Source of the DNA: Candidatus Planktophila sp.
GTDB taxonomy: Bacteria; Actinomycetota; Actinomycetes; Nanopelagicales; Nanopelagicaceae
Reading direction: 5' to 3'
DNA: 47,957 bases
Assembly: GCA_013205535.1 (NCBI GenBank)
Contig: JABMMN010000008.1
Coordinates: forward strand, 1-47,957
In this document: positions 37,036 to 46,689 of the stretch, piece after piece
How positions within the stretch are numbered: position 1 is the first letter of the stretch
Layout: every line of letters starts with the position of its first letter
Translations under genes and position numbers: made by a program
Notes under the pieces: model-generated
What the model was told of the DNA's origin: nothing
What the model saw: the letters and a program-made list of their open reading frames with translations, nothing else
Database searches by the model: none

Positions 37036-37800
37036 TTAGGTAGGAATCAGGGTGTTAGCAAAGATCTGCCAAGCTAGAGCAGATTTAGCGATGAGTGAGA
37101 GCGTGATGTAGGTGCGCTCTCCACGGATGTACTCACTCCACTTACCGACTTTTTTGTACTGCAACCACTGCACGAGGGCAAATGAGTTAAAGAATAGAAA
37201 GATGGTAAAGACGATGCCATAGACAAATGCTGGCGCCGTTGTATCACCGACTCCTCCGATGGATAGGACGTAAAACGATAGAACGATCCATGGCACGAAG
37301 CCGGTGATACAGCCGAAGATAAAGGGTAGCCAGCCGCCATTACCAGGGGTCTCGTACTTCTCCTGTAACCAACCAAAGAGGATCATCGATGCATTCACAC
37401 CAAAGATAGAGATGATCGCTGAAATCTCGGCAACACCTGTGACCTGAGCGATCAAGACGATCATCACTGAAGAGCTAATCGAGTACTCGACCCAGCGGAA
37501 GTAGTTTCTCTGGGCAGCAATACCTGCGCTGTAGCGAGGAAAGAAGGTAGGACTGGCCACGATGAAGTGTGCAAGGGCAGAGAGCCCAAGAAAAATCGCA
37601 ACAGTTAAACCCACAGGGGTATTAAAGAGAACTATTGGGGCTGCAAATTTCGTCCCAGGTGGACCTGCCATGTACGTAGCTGTGACAGGAAGTGCGAAGT
37701 CATTGCTCAGGGCTAAAACAGCCGCCATCTGAGAAAGGTGCAGGACTCCGGCAAAGAGATTGATTTTTCGAAGGCTTTGGACAGTAATGGATTTGCTCAT
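37036..37800 (-). CDS. Heliorhodopsin
   Basis: 7 TM; 'N..AGVLHL.Q', 'RWVEYSISSS.M' (counterion Glu), 'MILFGWLQE', 'GE..YI.LSLIAKSALAWQ' (SxxxK retinal lysine). Closely resembles actinobacterial HeR 48C12 as I recall it. Confidence 0.95.
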   Translation of the reverse strand: MSKSITVQSLRKINLFAGVLHLSQMAAVLALSNDFALPVTATYMAGPPGTKFAAPIVLFNTPVGLTVAIFLGLSALAHFIVASPTFFPRYSAGIAAQRNYFRWVEYSISSSVMIVLIAQVTGVAEISAIISIFGVNASMILFGWLQEKYETPGNGGWLPFIFGCITGFVPWIVLSFYVLSIGGVGDTTAPAFVYGIVFTIFLFFNSFALVQWLQYKKVGKWSEYIRGERTYITLSLIAKSALAWQIFANTLIPT

Positions 37801-37825
37801 GCGCGAATCGTACCTACCTAAACTG

Positions 37826-37853
37826 TGATTTGCCGTGATTCATTGGCAAATCA
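37826..37853. promoter_or_regulatory. Inverted repeat upstream of heliorhodopsin (operator, or terminator of the upstream gene)
   Basis: TGATTTGCC-N10-GGCAAATCA. A -10-like TACGAT on the minus strand (37807-37812) lies 6 nt before the ATG. Confidence 0.5.
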
Positions 37854-37899
37854 AAGTGGATCAAGGCCTCAGGCAGGCCCTCACCAGTATCAGAACTGT

Positions 37900-39327
37900 T
37901 TAATATCTCCAGCGAAGCTGATTTTGAACCGACCTACATGTGAGGCCAACAGCGACAAGTCCCGCCTTTGAACATGTCTTTCCGATTCTCGCTGCAGATC
38001 CCTCTGGATAAGCTGGCAAGGCAACTGGCAGTTTGATTGTCAAGAAGGAGGTCTTTAACTTGCCGACATCAACTAAGCCAGAGGTTGCATTATAAGCGAA
38101 GTTGAAGTCATTGTCATTGACAACCACGATGTGCTGAGAGTCAAGTACTGCAACACCTTCAACTTTTCCTGGCATGGTTGCTATTGATGTGCTGTTGAAA
38201 ATGACTTTTTTGATACTTAGCGCGATCAACTTTTCAACCTCAGCATTTGTTCCAACACCTGTATAGGTCTCTAGCGAGGGGGTGGTGGCCGCTAAGTCCC
38301 ATTTGCTACCTAGAATGTTCGCACTTTCTTCGATTGTGAATGTTGATAACAAGAACGAGTTATCTGTTCGCTCTTGGGTTAATAGTGTTTTAGAATCGAG
38401 TGCCACCAGGGCAGAGAGTTTCAAGTCGCTATTTTTGGTCGCCTTTGCATCAACTTTGGAGACAGTCTCAAAGCCAAAGACAAACTCTCCAGTAAATGAA
38501 TTAGAGGTGAGATCAAAGCGCAAAATCCGTGTAGCTAGGCTGGCATCTCCGACCGCCTTGGTTGGATTGAGAAGTGGACTTTGCAGACCGATAAACAACG
38601 TCTTTCCATCAGGAGTGAGTGCAAGGGCTTCAAAACCTCTATTGGCCTTTCGCTTCAAGTAAATCTCTGGAATCGTCTTTACCGCTTTAAAGGAAGTTGG
38701 TGATGCTTTCCATCCAGATGGAACGTAACGACTCGTTACGACTCCACGGGCTGAGAGTTGGACCAGACTTGGAGCATATTCATCCACTACCCAGAAATCG
38801 CCTTTGGAAGTTTTAACGATACCTTCTGCATCTAAACCAGCCAGGTTATAGAGAGCATCTGAGGTGATTCCTTTGGTATCTGTTGGAACTGCGTCATAGC
38901 CTTTGATATTTGGCAGACCTGTTACGCCCGCTCCATTTTTAGTCTTAATAGCAATTGTGCTCAAGAGCTTTACTGAGGATCCTAATAATTGAACCTTCAA
39001 AATTAGAGGTGAAAAAGTTGGCACTACAAATCCCGTTCCTGCAGATTTATCTGGCTGAACGGTGTCATTGTTTGGCCCACGATCTGTGATCACATAAAAA
39101 ATGTCTTCAGCATCTCCTGGCACATGAAAGAGATCAGAGCCCATCCCCCCAAGCAAGATACCTTCATCATTTACAACTGAATTTTCAATCGCGAGGTTTG
39201 AAGAGGTTTTGAGGGCGATATCTGGCATCACCGCTGTAGCGACCAGCTGAGGGGCTTCTGAGGCAAATACTGCCTGTGGGGCTGCGATCGCAGTTGCTGC
39301 CAGGGCCGCTAGTAGGACTCTTTTCAT
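37900..39327 (-). CDS. Secreted esterase-like/phytase-like beta-propeller protein
   Basis: Signal peptide from ATG 39327 (RBS GAGGAG); 'TDRGPN', 'D.EG', 'DEYAP', 'NRGFEAL', 'QSPL', 'ER', 'K.EG', 'NDNDF'. Confidence 0.85.
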   Translation of the reverse strand: MKRVLLAALAATAIAAPQAVFASEAPQLVATAVMPDIALKTSSNLAIENSVVNDEGILLGGMGSDLFHVPGDAEDIFYVITDRGPNNDTVQPDKSAGTGFVVPTFSPLILKVQLLGSSVKLLSTIAIKTKNGAGVTGLPNIKGYDAVPTDTKGITSDALYNLAGLDAEGIVKTSKGDFWVVDEYAPSLVQLSARGVVTSRYVPSGWKASPTSFKAVKTIPEIYLKRKANRGFEALALTPDGKTLFIGLQSPLLNPTKAVGDASLATRILRFDLTSNSFTGEFVFGFETVSKVDAKATKNSDLKLSALVALDSKTLLTQERTDNSFLLSTFTIEESANILGSKWDLAATTPSLETYTGVGTNAEVEKLIALSIKKVIFNSTSIATMPGKVEGVAVLDSQHIVVVNDNDFNFAYNATSGLVDVGKLKTSFLTIKLPVALPAYPEGSAARIGKTCSKAGLVAVGLTCRSVQNQLRWRY

Positions 39328-39453
39328 AAAACTCTCCTCTTGATAGGAGGCGAGAATTGCGTTTGAGGGCGACTTCTCTATTGCGTTTATGTGACTTGAA
39401 GGTGAACATCCTTTAAATTTTGGTCTCCTCTTAACCTCTTCTACAATTCCCAA

Positions 39454-40179
39454 ATGAATGGCTCTTTGGCACTTGTCGGATCAGGTGAATATCTGCCTGC
39501 AATGGCCAGCCTTGAGCGATCTTTAATCGATGATGCCCTCTCAAATGGCAAGCAACCCACATATATCCAGATCCCGACTGCAGCCGGGCGCGAGAGTGAT
39601 GCCAGATTAGATTTCTGGAGAGAGCTCGGTCAAGCCCAGGGCCAACGTATCGGCGTGCAATCAGTGCACCTGCCTATTTACACCCGCGATGATGCTTTCA
39701 AGCAAGAACATGTGGATGCCATCAATGACAGCGCTCTGATGTACATCTCTGGTGGGGACCCACACCATCTTGCGACAACGTTGATCGATACACCCGTGTG
39801 GTCTGCCATCGTCAGTAATTGGAGTACTGGTGGATCACTTGCCGGCTGCAGCGCAGGCGCGATGGTGCTTAGCTCACAGATTCCAAATTTTCGCTTCACC
39901 AAAAATCCGCCCACGCCAGGTTTGAATCTACTTCCCGATATCCGCGTGATTCCACACTTCAATAAGTTCTTCAAATGGATCCCAGATAGTGCAGCCAAAG
40001 TTTTAATGCACGCACCTAACGATGCAATTTTGATCGGTATCGATGAGATGACGGCTATCGTCAAACGATCTGGTGCCAAGCACTGGGTTGTAGTCGGCGA
40101 TGCCAAGGTGCATATCCTGAAGGGACTTCCCAATCAGGCTCTACACGATGGTCAAGAGATAGATCTGCGCCTCACATGA
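39454..40179 (+). CDS. Peptidase S51/cyanophycinase-like (class I glutamine amidotransferase-like fold)
   Basis: 'LVGSGE', 'IPTAAG', 'SGGDP', nucleophile 'GCSAGAM', 'IPHF', 'GIDE.TA'. Confidence 0.8.
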   Translation: MNGSLALVGSGEYLPAMASLERSLIDDALSNGKQPTYIQIPTAAGRESDARLDFWRELGQAQGQRIGVQSVHLPIYTRDDAFKQEHVDAINDSALMYISGGDPHHLATTLIDTPVWSAIVSNWSTGGSLAGCSAGAMVLSSQIPNFRFTKNPPTPGLNLLPDIRVIPHFNKFFKWIPDSAAKVLMHAPNDAILIGIDEMTAIVKRSGAKHWVVVGDAKVHILKGLPNQALHDGQEIDLRLT

Positions 40180-40216
40180 ACGTGCAGATCTAGCGCAGGT
40201 AAATTTAACGTAGTTC

Positions 40217-41083
40217 CTATTTCGCTTTGAATGCCTTCATGATCTGCTCTACTCCAGCACTTAATTCGGCCGGGATAACCCAGATCTTGCTCGCAGTTCC
40301 GTTGGCGATGGCAGGTAGCTGCTGAAGATATTGATATGCCAGAACCTTCTCATCAGGGTTAGCTTGGTGCACCGCATCAAAGACTAATTTGATTGCTGCG
40401 GCCTCACCATCGGCGCGTAATACCGCCGCTTGTGCATCTCCTTCGGCGCGCAAGATCTCAGCCTGACGGGCACCTTCGGCGGTCAGAATCTGACTCTGCT
40501 TCTCGCCCTCGGCAGTGAGAATCGCGGCACGCTTGTCTCTCTCTGCGCGCATCTGCTTCTCCATTGACTCTTGCACACTTGGAGGTGGATCAATCGCCTT
40601 GATCTCCACACGGTTAACACGCACACCCCACTTACCAGTTGCATCATCTAAAACTCCGCGAAGGGCGGCGTTGATGGAGTCACGTGATGTCAGCGCTGCC
40701 TCTAGATCTAGCCCACCAACGACGTTTCTCAATGTCGTGACCGTCAACTGTTCAATACCTTGAATGAAGTTCTCAATCTCATAGAGGGCAGATTTTGGAT
40801 CTGTCACCTGAAAGTAGATGACCGTATCGATTGAAACGACCAAGTTATCCTCAGTAATCACTGGCTGAGGAGGGAATGAAACGACCCGCTCACGCATATC
40901 AAGTAAGGGTCGCAGGCGATCAATGAAAGGAATGATAATGACTAAGCCTGCGCCAAGCGTGCGATGGTATCGGCCCAAACGCTCGACGATTCCAGCACTT
41001 GCTTGCGGAATTATTCGGATTGAGCGTGAGAGAACTACTCCAAAAATAAGAATAAGGAGAATCGTGACTCCATAGGAGAGCAT
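40217..41083 (-). CDS. SPFH/band 7 (stomatin/QmcA-like) protein
   Basis: 'VERLGRY', 'VITEDN', 'TTLRNVVG', 'WGVRVNRVE', 'QMRAER.KRA.IL.AEG'. Confidence 0.92.
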   Translation of the reverse strand: MLSYGVTILLILIFGVVLSRSIRIIPQASAGIVERLGRYHRTLGAGLVIIIPFIDRLRPLLDMRERVVSFPPQPVITEDNLVVSIDTVIYFQVTDPKSALYEIENFIQGIEQLTVTTLRNVVGGLDLEAALTSRDSINAALRGVLDDATGKWGVRVNRVEIKAIDPPPSVQESMEKQMRAERDKRAAILTAEGEKQSQILTAEGARQAEILRAEGDAQAAVLRADGEAAAIKLVFDAVHQANPDEKVLAYQYLQQLPAIANGTASKIWVIPAELSAGVEQIMKAFKAK

Positions 41084-41088
41084 TTGTC

Positions 41089-41514
41089 TTAACCTTTCTG
41101 CTTGACGACTGCAGTTGCGCCTTCGATGGCAACAACCTCGACTTGGGAACCATCTGCGATCTGACCTGTGTAACTACGCGCACTCCACGTTTCACCGCTG
41201 AGCTTTACCAAACCATCTCGATCAGTCACGACAGACAAGGCAAGAGCAGGAGCACCTACCAAGGCCTCGACATTTGTCGCATGATCTGCTGGCTTCTTCT
41301 TCAAATGGCGAAGAGCGATAGGGCGTAAAAAGAGCAGTGAGCCTGCTGCTCCGACTCCAAAGATGACACCCTGGATGACCACACCAGCGCCCAGTGCATT
41401 CGCACTCGCTGCAAGTAGGGCTGAAAATGCTAGAGATGCAAAGAGAAGATCAACGGTCAACATCTCAACAATGAGTAGAACACCAGCGGCCACAAGCCAC
41501 ATCCAGATTGGCAC
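41089..41514 (-). CDS. nfeD: Short NfeD family protein
   Basis: Three TM segments plus OB-fold 'G.VKL.GETWSAR...V.V..IEGAT..V'. Upstream of the SPFH gene. Confidence 0.88.
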   Translation of the reverse strand: MPIWMWLVAAGVLLIVEMLTVDLLFASLAFSALLAASANALGAGVVIQGVIFGVGAAGSLLFLRPIALRHLKKKPADHATNVEALVGAPALALSVVTDRDGLVKLSGETWSARSYTGQIADGSQVEVVAIEGATAVVKQKG

Positions 41515-41575
41515 CGAATAAACTCCTTCGCAGTTGAGTAGGACTTTTCCTCATCGTAAGCCTACTCTTTCAGAT

Positions 41576-41962
41576 GTGAGAGGCCAGATGGAATTAACGG
41601 TGATCTATGACGGTGAGTGTGAGTTCTGCAAGCAGTCTCTGACCTGGCTCGCGCGCAAACTTGAGCTGCGCGCCCTACCTTTTCAAAGCAGTGACCTAGC
41701 CCCCTTTAATCTCACCTTCGAACAATGTGCCAAACAGGTATGGGCTATCAAAGAGGGTAGGCAGTATGGGGGAGCAGATGCAATCGCTCTTCTTCTTCAA
41801 CATCGCGGCAATACCCTGCTTGCCTTTCTCATCAGAGTCTCGGGAGATTGTGGCCGTGCTGGTTATCGTGCAGTCGCATCCCACAGAAACTCAATCCCGG
41901 TCACAATAATGACCAGAGTGTTAAAGTTGAGCAATAACTCGTATTCAAAGAGAGAGCAGTAA
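41576..41962 (+). CDS. DCC1-like thiol-disulfide oxidoreductase (DUF393)
   Basis: 'VIYDGECEFC', 'GADAI', 'Y..VA.HR'. Start GTG 41576 or ATG 41588. Confidence 0.8.
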   Translation: MRGQMELTVIYDGECEFCKQSLTWLARKLELRALPFQSSDLAPFNLTFEQCAKQVWAIKEGRQYGGADAIALLLQHRGNTLLAFLIRVSGDCGRAGYRAVASHRNSIPVTIMTRVLKLSNNSYSKREQ

Positions 41963-41965
41963 CTA

Positions 41966-42211
41966 ATGTCTTTCATTATGTATTCAACAACGTGGTGCGG
42001 TTACTGCAAGCGCCTCAAATCCCAATTGGCCGAGCTTGGCGTTACCTTCGAAGAGATCAACATTGAAGAGGTACCTGGCACAGCCGAGATCGTCGAGAAA
42101 GTAAATGCTGGCAATCGCACAGTCCCAACACTGGTCTTCACTGATGGTGCTGCGATGACTAATCCCTCTGCCAAGCAGGTCGTAGAAAAATTGGCGGCGC
42201 TCAAGGGCTAG
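41966..42211 (+). CDS. mrx1: Mycoredoxin (glutaredoxin-like)
   Basis: 'MYSTTWCGYCKRLK', 'N.GNRTVPT..F.DG..MTNPS'. Confidence 0.88.
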   Translation: MSFIMYSTTWCGYCKRLKSQLAELGVTFEEINIEEVPGTAEIVEKVNAGNRTVPTLVFTDGAAMTNPSAKQVVEKLAALKG

Positions 42212-42244
42212 AGTTTTGTCGGTGTGCACGAGTAGCCTGTTCAC

Positions 42245-42643
42245 ATGTTTGAACTCATTCTGCTGACCCTTGTGATCTACCTCTTTCTCAATCGCAAAAA
42301 GAAAAAACGAAAACCTCGGGGCCTAGATGCCGAACTCAAGGCCCTCATCCAAGACTCCAACAACTCATCTGCCATCGGCACTGAGATCAAAGCCTTTCTG
42401 CTCGATGTCATCAACGATGATAAAAATGACATGGAGAAATTCTCTGATGCTCGCATCGCCCAAGCACAGCGGATCTTGGATCGTGCAGGTCCGGCCTCGT
42501 TTTATTGGATGAGTGAGATCGCAGCACAACTCTCGATTTTGGCTGCCGCGCAGATAAATGGGATACCTACGAACGTCAATGCAGAGCTTGGTGATGGCGC
42601 AACCCCTGAGGCCATTGTCAACATCGTCGTGCGAACGAAGTAG
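42245..42643 (+). CDS. Hypothetical membrane-anchored protein
   Basis: N-terminal TM followed by a basic run 'RKKKKRK'; TAGCCT -10 box 6 nt upstream of the ATG. Confidence 0.65.
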   Translation: MFELILLTLVIYLFLNRKKKKRKPRGLDAELKALIQDSNNSSAIGTEIKAFLLDVINDDKNDMEKFSDARIAQAQRILDRAGPASFYWMSEIAAQLSILAAAQINGIPTNVNAELGDGATPEAIVNIVVRTK

Positions 42644-42650
42644 CCTCTCT

Positions 42651-43634
42651 CTAAGGTTTCAAAACGATACGGATGGGATTGCCTATCTTCTTCGACAGTT
42701 TTTCTAAAGCATCGCTGGCTTGATCAAGAGGCACTATCTCTGAAATGGAGAGTGAGAGATTTAATCTTCCTGCCCGAGCGAATTCGAGTAGTTGATGAAT
42801 ATGTTCAGGCTCTGATCCATAGTGCCCGAGTATCTGGGTGCGCATGTATGTAAAGGCCATATCACTAGGGATCACGATGGGCTCATTGGCGATCCCAACG
42901 ATCACTAATCGTCCCTGCTCACCGAGCAAGGAGAGCGCCTGCTTTCGCACGGATGAGACCCCAGCGAAATCAAAGGCGGCACTTAATCCTCGATGGCTTT
43001 TAATCTCTGCATCATCTGGTGCACATGCGAAATCTGCACCTACTTTCAAAGCATTAGCCCGTGCATCTGCGCGGGGATCGATAGCTATGACCTTTGCGCA
43101 GCCAATCATCTTCAGTAACTGCACGGCGTGAATACCTAATCCACCAATACCAAAAACGGCAACACTCTCTCCTGCTTGGATCTTTGCAGTTGATGAGATC
43201 GCAGCCCATGGAGTCGATACTGCATCTGGAATGATGGCAGCCTGCTCGAAGGCAAGGTCATCAGGAATCTTCACGACTAGCGAGGCCTTAGTGAGCACGT
43301 ACTCGGCATAACCTCCGTCGTAATCAAAGCCCAATGTTGTTACCTGATTCTTATCATTGCGCTCTCCGGCGATGACAACCACTCGATCACCGAGGGCACA
43401 TGAATCAACGCCTGCGCCTATCTGATCGATCGTGCCTGCAACCTCATGGCCGAGTGTGACTTGATCACCGATGAGATATCCGGGTGAGAGAGTGCCATCG
43501 AGTAGATGCACATCAGAGAGACACACACCGGCTGCAGCGACTTTGATGCGCACTTGCCCGGCTCCCGCGCTCGGTGTGGGAATATCGATGACCTCAAATC
43601 GTCGAGTCGATACAGTGATGCGTCCGGCCCTCAT
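42651..43634 (-). CDS. Zn-dependent alcohol dehydrogenase (MDR family)
   Basis: 'GVCLSD', 'LGHE.AG', 'GDRV', 'PDAV.TP', 'G.GGLG'. The four-Cys structural Zn loop is absent. Confidence 0.88.
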   Translation of the reverse strand: MRAGRITVSTRRFEVIDIPTPSAGAGQVRIKVAAAGVCLSDVHLLDGTLSPGYLIGDQVTLGHEVAGTIDQIGAGVDSCALGDRVVVIAGERNDKNQVTTLGFDYDGGYAEYVLTKASLVVKIPDDLAFEQAAIIPDAVSTPWAAISSTAKIQAGESVAVFGIGGLGIHAVQLLKMIGCAKVIAIDPRADARANALKVGADFACAPDDAEIKSHRGLSAAFDFAGVSSVRKQALSLLGEQGRLVIVGIANEPIVIPSDMAFTYMRTQILGHYGSEPEHIHQLLEFARAGRLNLSLSISEIVPLDQASDALEKLSKKIGNPIRIVLKP

Positions 43635-44656
43635 AAGGCCAATCCTTGCGCACGATTGATCAATGTATTGACGGCGCCACCAAATCCTGCAAAGGCTGGA
43701 TTGGTCGTGGCACCCACCCGATAGCGCGCCCAGATCTGTTGGATGATCACTGATAAACGAAAGAGACCAAAGACCTCATAGAAGGTGAAGTCATTACACT
43801 GGCGATCACTCAACTTAAGATAGGAGGAGACAAACTCTTTTCGCGAGGGCATACCTGGCAGATGACTTGGCTGTCTGCGCAGTGATGCAAAGGCGGGATC
43901 ATCATCTGGATCCACCCAGTAGGCAAGGGCAGATCCCAGATCCATCAAAGGATCTCCTACCGTTGCAAGCTCCCAGTCCAGCACACCGGCCATACGTTTG
44001 CTCTCCAGATCAAAGACCATATTGTCGATGCGCCAATCCCCATGGATGATGCACGAGCCAACATCGGATGGCTTGTTCTTATCGAGCCATGTCATGAGTT
44101 CGTGCGCCTTGGGTACATCATCGGTCAATGCGTTGCGATAACGCTCTGACCATCCCGCAACTTGTCGGGTGACATAACCACTTCCCTTGTTGAGCTCACG
44201 CAGTAGCGATGAATCAACTGCATGCAACTGCACTAAACCCGATACTAAACTCTGTGCCATCACAGAGATATCACCTGGACTCATATCCGCGGGCACATCG
44301 CGTCGAAATATCTGACCGACGACCCGCTCCATCACATAGAAATCAGAGCCTAGAATCGAGTGATCATCACAGAGGGCGATCATCTGTGGGACCAATCCGT
44401 AGGCGGGTTTTAATCGAGATTGAATCAAAAATTCACGGCGCATGTCGTGGGCCGATATCGCCTTTGTACCAACAGGCGGTCTGCGAAGAACTAACTCAAG
44501 ATTTGGATAGCGCAGAAGATATGTCAGATTGGAGGCACCGCTTCGAAACTGTTCGACCTCTGGGGCACTGCTCTGATTGATAAAGGGTGATAACCACTGA
44601 TGCATCCGTGCAATATCAAAGCGATCCTCTTCACGGAGCGCACTTAGCTCCATCAT
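43631..44656 (-). CDS. APH-like phosphotransferase (ACAD10/11 kinase-domain type)
   Basis: '[10 protein letters not shown]', 'LRRPP', 'SAHDM.RE', 'HGDWRIDN', 'LDWELAT.GDP..DLG'. Confidence 0.88.
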   Translation of the reverse strand: MMELSALREEDRFDIARMHQWLSPFINQSSAPEVEQFRSGASNLTYLLRYPNLELVLRRPPVGTKAISAHDMRREFLIQSRLKPAYGLVPQMIALCDDHSILGSDFYVMERVVGQIFRRDVPADMSPGDISVMAQSLVSGLVQLHAVDSSLLRELNKGSGYVTRQVAGWSERYRNALTDDVPKAHELMTWLDKNKPSDVGSCIIHGDWRIDNMVFDLESKRMAGVLDWELATVGDPLMDLGSALAYWVDPDDDPAFASLRRQPSHLPGMPSRKEFVSSYLKLSDRQCNDFTFYEVFGLFRLSVIIQQIWARYRVGATTNPAFAGFGGAVNTLINRAQGLAL

Positions 44657-45864
44657 GAAAGATAGGGCTTGATCTCTAACCGCGCGATATCTCGAAGATG
44701 CACCTCATCAGGTCCATCGACAATCCGAAGGGTTCGTATACCTGCATACATCGCAGCCAAAGGCGTGTCTTGACTGACTCCTGCGCCACCAAAGCTCTGG
44801 ATAGCGTTATCGATGATGCGCTCTGCCATTGCAGGCACGGCAACCTTGATCGCTGCAATCTCTTTGCGGGCAGCCTTTGCACCCACCGTATCGATCATCC
44901 ACGCCGCCTTTAGGACCAGTAGGCGTGCCTGTTCTATGTCGATACGCCCTTGGGCTATCCACTGCTGAACAACTCCCTGCTGAGCCAACTCTTTTCCAAA
45001 GGGGCTGCGTACCAATGATCTTTGGATCATGAGTGAGAGCGCGCGCTCTGCCATTCCGATCGCGCGCATACAGTGATGGATTCGACCTGGACCAAGTCGA
45101 GCTTGTGCCAGTGCAAATCCCTCACCTTGGGCACCAAGAAGATTGCTGGCAGGCACTCGCACATCGGTGAATGTGATCTCAGCATGGCCATGTTGATCCA
45201 CATAACCAAAGACTGTCAGATTGCGGATTACCTTTACACCTGGTGTGTTGATAGGGACAAGGATCATCGACTGCTGACGATGATCATCTGCATCGGGATC
45301 TGACTTTCCCATCACGATCAAAATCTCACAGCGTGAATCCAATGCACCGGTTGTCCACCACTTCGTACCGTTGATGATGTAGTGATCTCCATCTTTGATC
45401 ATCGAGGTCTTGATGTTTCGCGCATCACTAGATGCAACATCGGGCTCGGTCATTGCAAAGCCAGATCGAATCCGTCCCTCAAGGAGTGGCTCTAACCATT
45501 GACTCTTTTGCTCTGCGCTTCCGAACATATCCAGAAGCTCCATGTTGCCTGTATCTGGGGCTGCGCAGTTGATGACCTCGGGTGCGATCTCAGGTGACCA
45601 TCCTGTTATCTCTGCAAGCGTTGCATAATCACTCACACTCAATCCATGTCCATAGTGAGGCAGAAAAAGGTTCCAAAGACCCAACGCTTTAGCCTTCACC
45701 TTCAACTCTTCGATCACCGCTGGGCGCCCATGAGGCTGCCCAGCCTGCGCCAACTCGTGGCGTTGCCTATGATAAATACTCTCAGCGGGAAGGATCTCCT
45801 TATCCATGAAGGCCTGTAATCTGCTGGCATATTCACGTGTCTTATCGCTAGGGCTAAAATCCAT
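44653..45864 (-). CDS. Acyl-CoA dehydrogenase (ACAD10/11-like)
   Basis: 'GLWNLFLP', '[11 protein letters not shown]', 'FAMTEP.VASSDA', '[15 protein letters not shown]', 'DGPDEVH'. Confidence 0.92.
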   Translation of the reverse strand: MDFSPSDKTREYASRLQAFMDKEILPAESIYHRQRHELAQAGQPHGRPAVIEELKVKAKALGLWNLFLPHYGHGLSVSDYATLAEITGWSPEIAPEVINCAAPDTGNMELLDMFGSAEQKSQWLEPLLEGRIRSGFAMTEPDVASSDARNIKTSMIKDGDHYIINGTKWWTTGALDSRCEILIVMGKSDPDADDHRQQSMILVPINTPGVKVIRNLTVFGYVDQHGHAEITFTDVRVPASNLLGAQGEGFALAQARLGPGRIHHCMRAIGMAERALSLMIQRSLVRSPFGKELAQQGVVQQWIAQGRIDIEQARLLVLKAAWMIDTVGAKAARKEIAAIKVAVPAMAERIIDNAIQSFGGAGVSQDTPLAAMYAGIRTLRIVDGPDEVHLRDIARLEIKPYLS

Positions 45865-45907
45865 GCCACTACCTTACGCACAGTTACCCTGATTGAGGAG
45901 AGAGATG

Positions 45908-46669
45908 ATGAGTGTTCTTGACCGCTTTCGTTTAGATGGAAAGGTCGCAGTAGTCACTGGCGCATCATCTGGCCTTGGGGTTGCATTCGCTAAAGCACTT
46001 GCAGAGGCCGGCGCAGATGTGGTTCTTGGCGCTCGCCGCTTTGAGCGTCTTGCAGATACTGGTGCCTTAGTAGAGGCGGCGGGCCGTAAATTTGCGGCAA
46101 AGCAGAGCGATGTCACCGACCCTGATCAATGCGATGCACTCATCGCATTCGCTATTGAGAAATTTGGCCATGTAGATATCTTGGTTAATAACGCTGGTGT
46201 TGGAACTGCCGTCCCTGCAACTCGTGAGACACCACAACAGTTCAAATCTGTCATCGATGTCAATCTCTTCGGTGCTTATTGGATGTCGCAGGCATTTGCA
46301 AAGGCAAACAAGAACGGTGGAGTAATCGTGAACATCTCCAGCATCTTAGGTATCAAACCACAGGGCCTTCCACAAGCTGCCTATGCATCCAGCAAGGCAG
46401 GGCTCATCGGATTGACCCGCGACCTTGCAACACAGTGGACTGGGCGCAAGAACATCCGCGTCAACGCCCTTGCACCAGGATTTTTTCCATCAGAGATGAC
46501 CGATGATCTCTCCCCAGAGATGGTCGAGATGGTCAAGATGTTCGCACCTGCTGGGCGTTTGGGTGATCCCGAAGAGTTAGCGGCAACATTGATCTGGTTA
46601 GTAAGTGATGCATCCAGCTATGTCACAGGTATCACCGTGCCTGTCGATGGTGGATTGGTGATGCCATAA
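45908..46669 (+). CDS. Short-chain dehydrogenase/reductase
   Basis: 'TGASSGLG', 'NNAG', 'YASSK', 'RVNALAPG', 'VDGG'. RBS GAGGAG at 45895. Confidence 0.92.
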   Translation: MSVLDRFRLDGKVAVVTGASSGLGVAFAKALAEAGADVVLGARRFERLADTGALVEAAGRKFAAKQSDVTDPDQCDALIAFAIEKFGHVDILVNNAGVGTAVPATRETPQQFKSVIDVNLFGAYWMSQAFAKANKNGGVIVNISSILGIKPQGLPQAAYASSKAGLIGLTRDLATQWTGRKNIRVNALAPGFFPSEMTDDLSPEMVEMVKMFAPAGRLGDPEELAATLIWLVSDASSYVTGITVPVDGGLVMP

Positions 46670-46689
46670 TTATTTTCAAGCCTTCATAC

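Noticed and set aside
39328-39453. N-terminal extension of the phytase-like ORF
   Set aside because: The signal peptide and RBS begin at 39327; the extension covers the divergent promoter.
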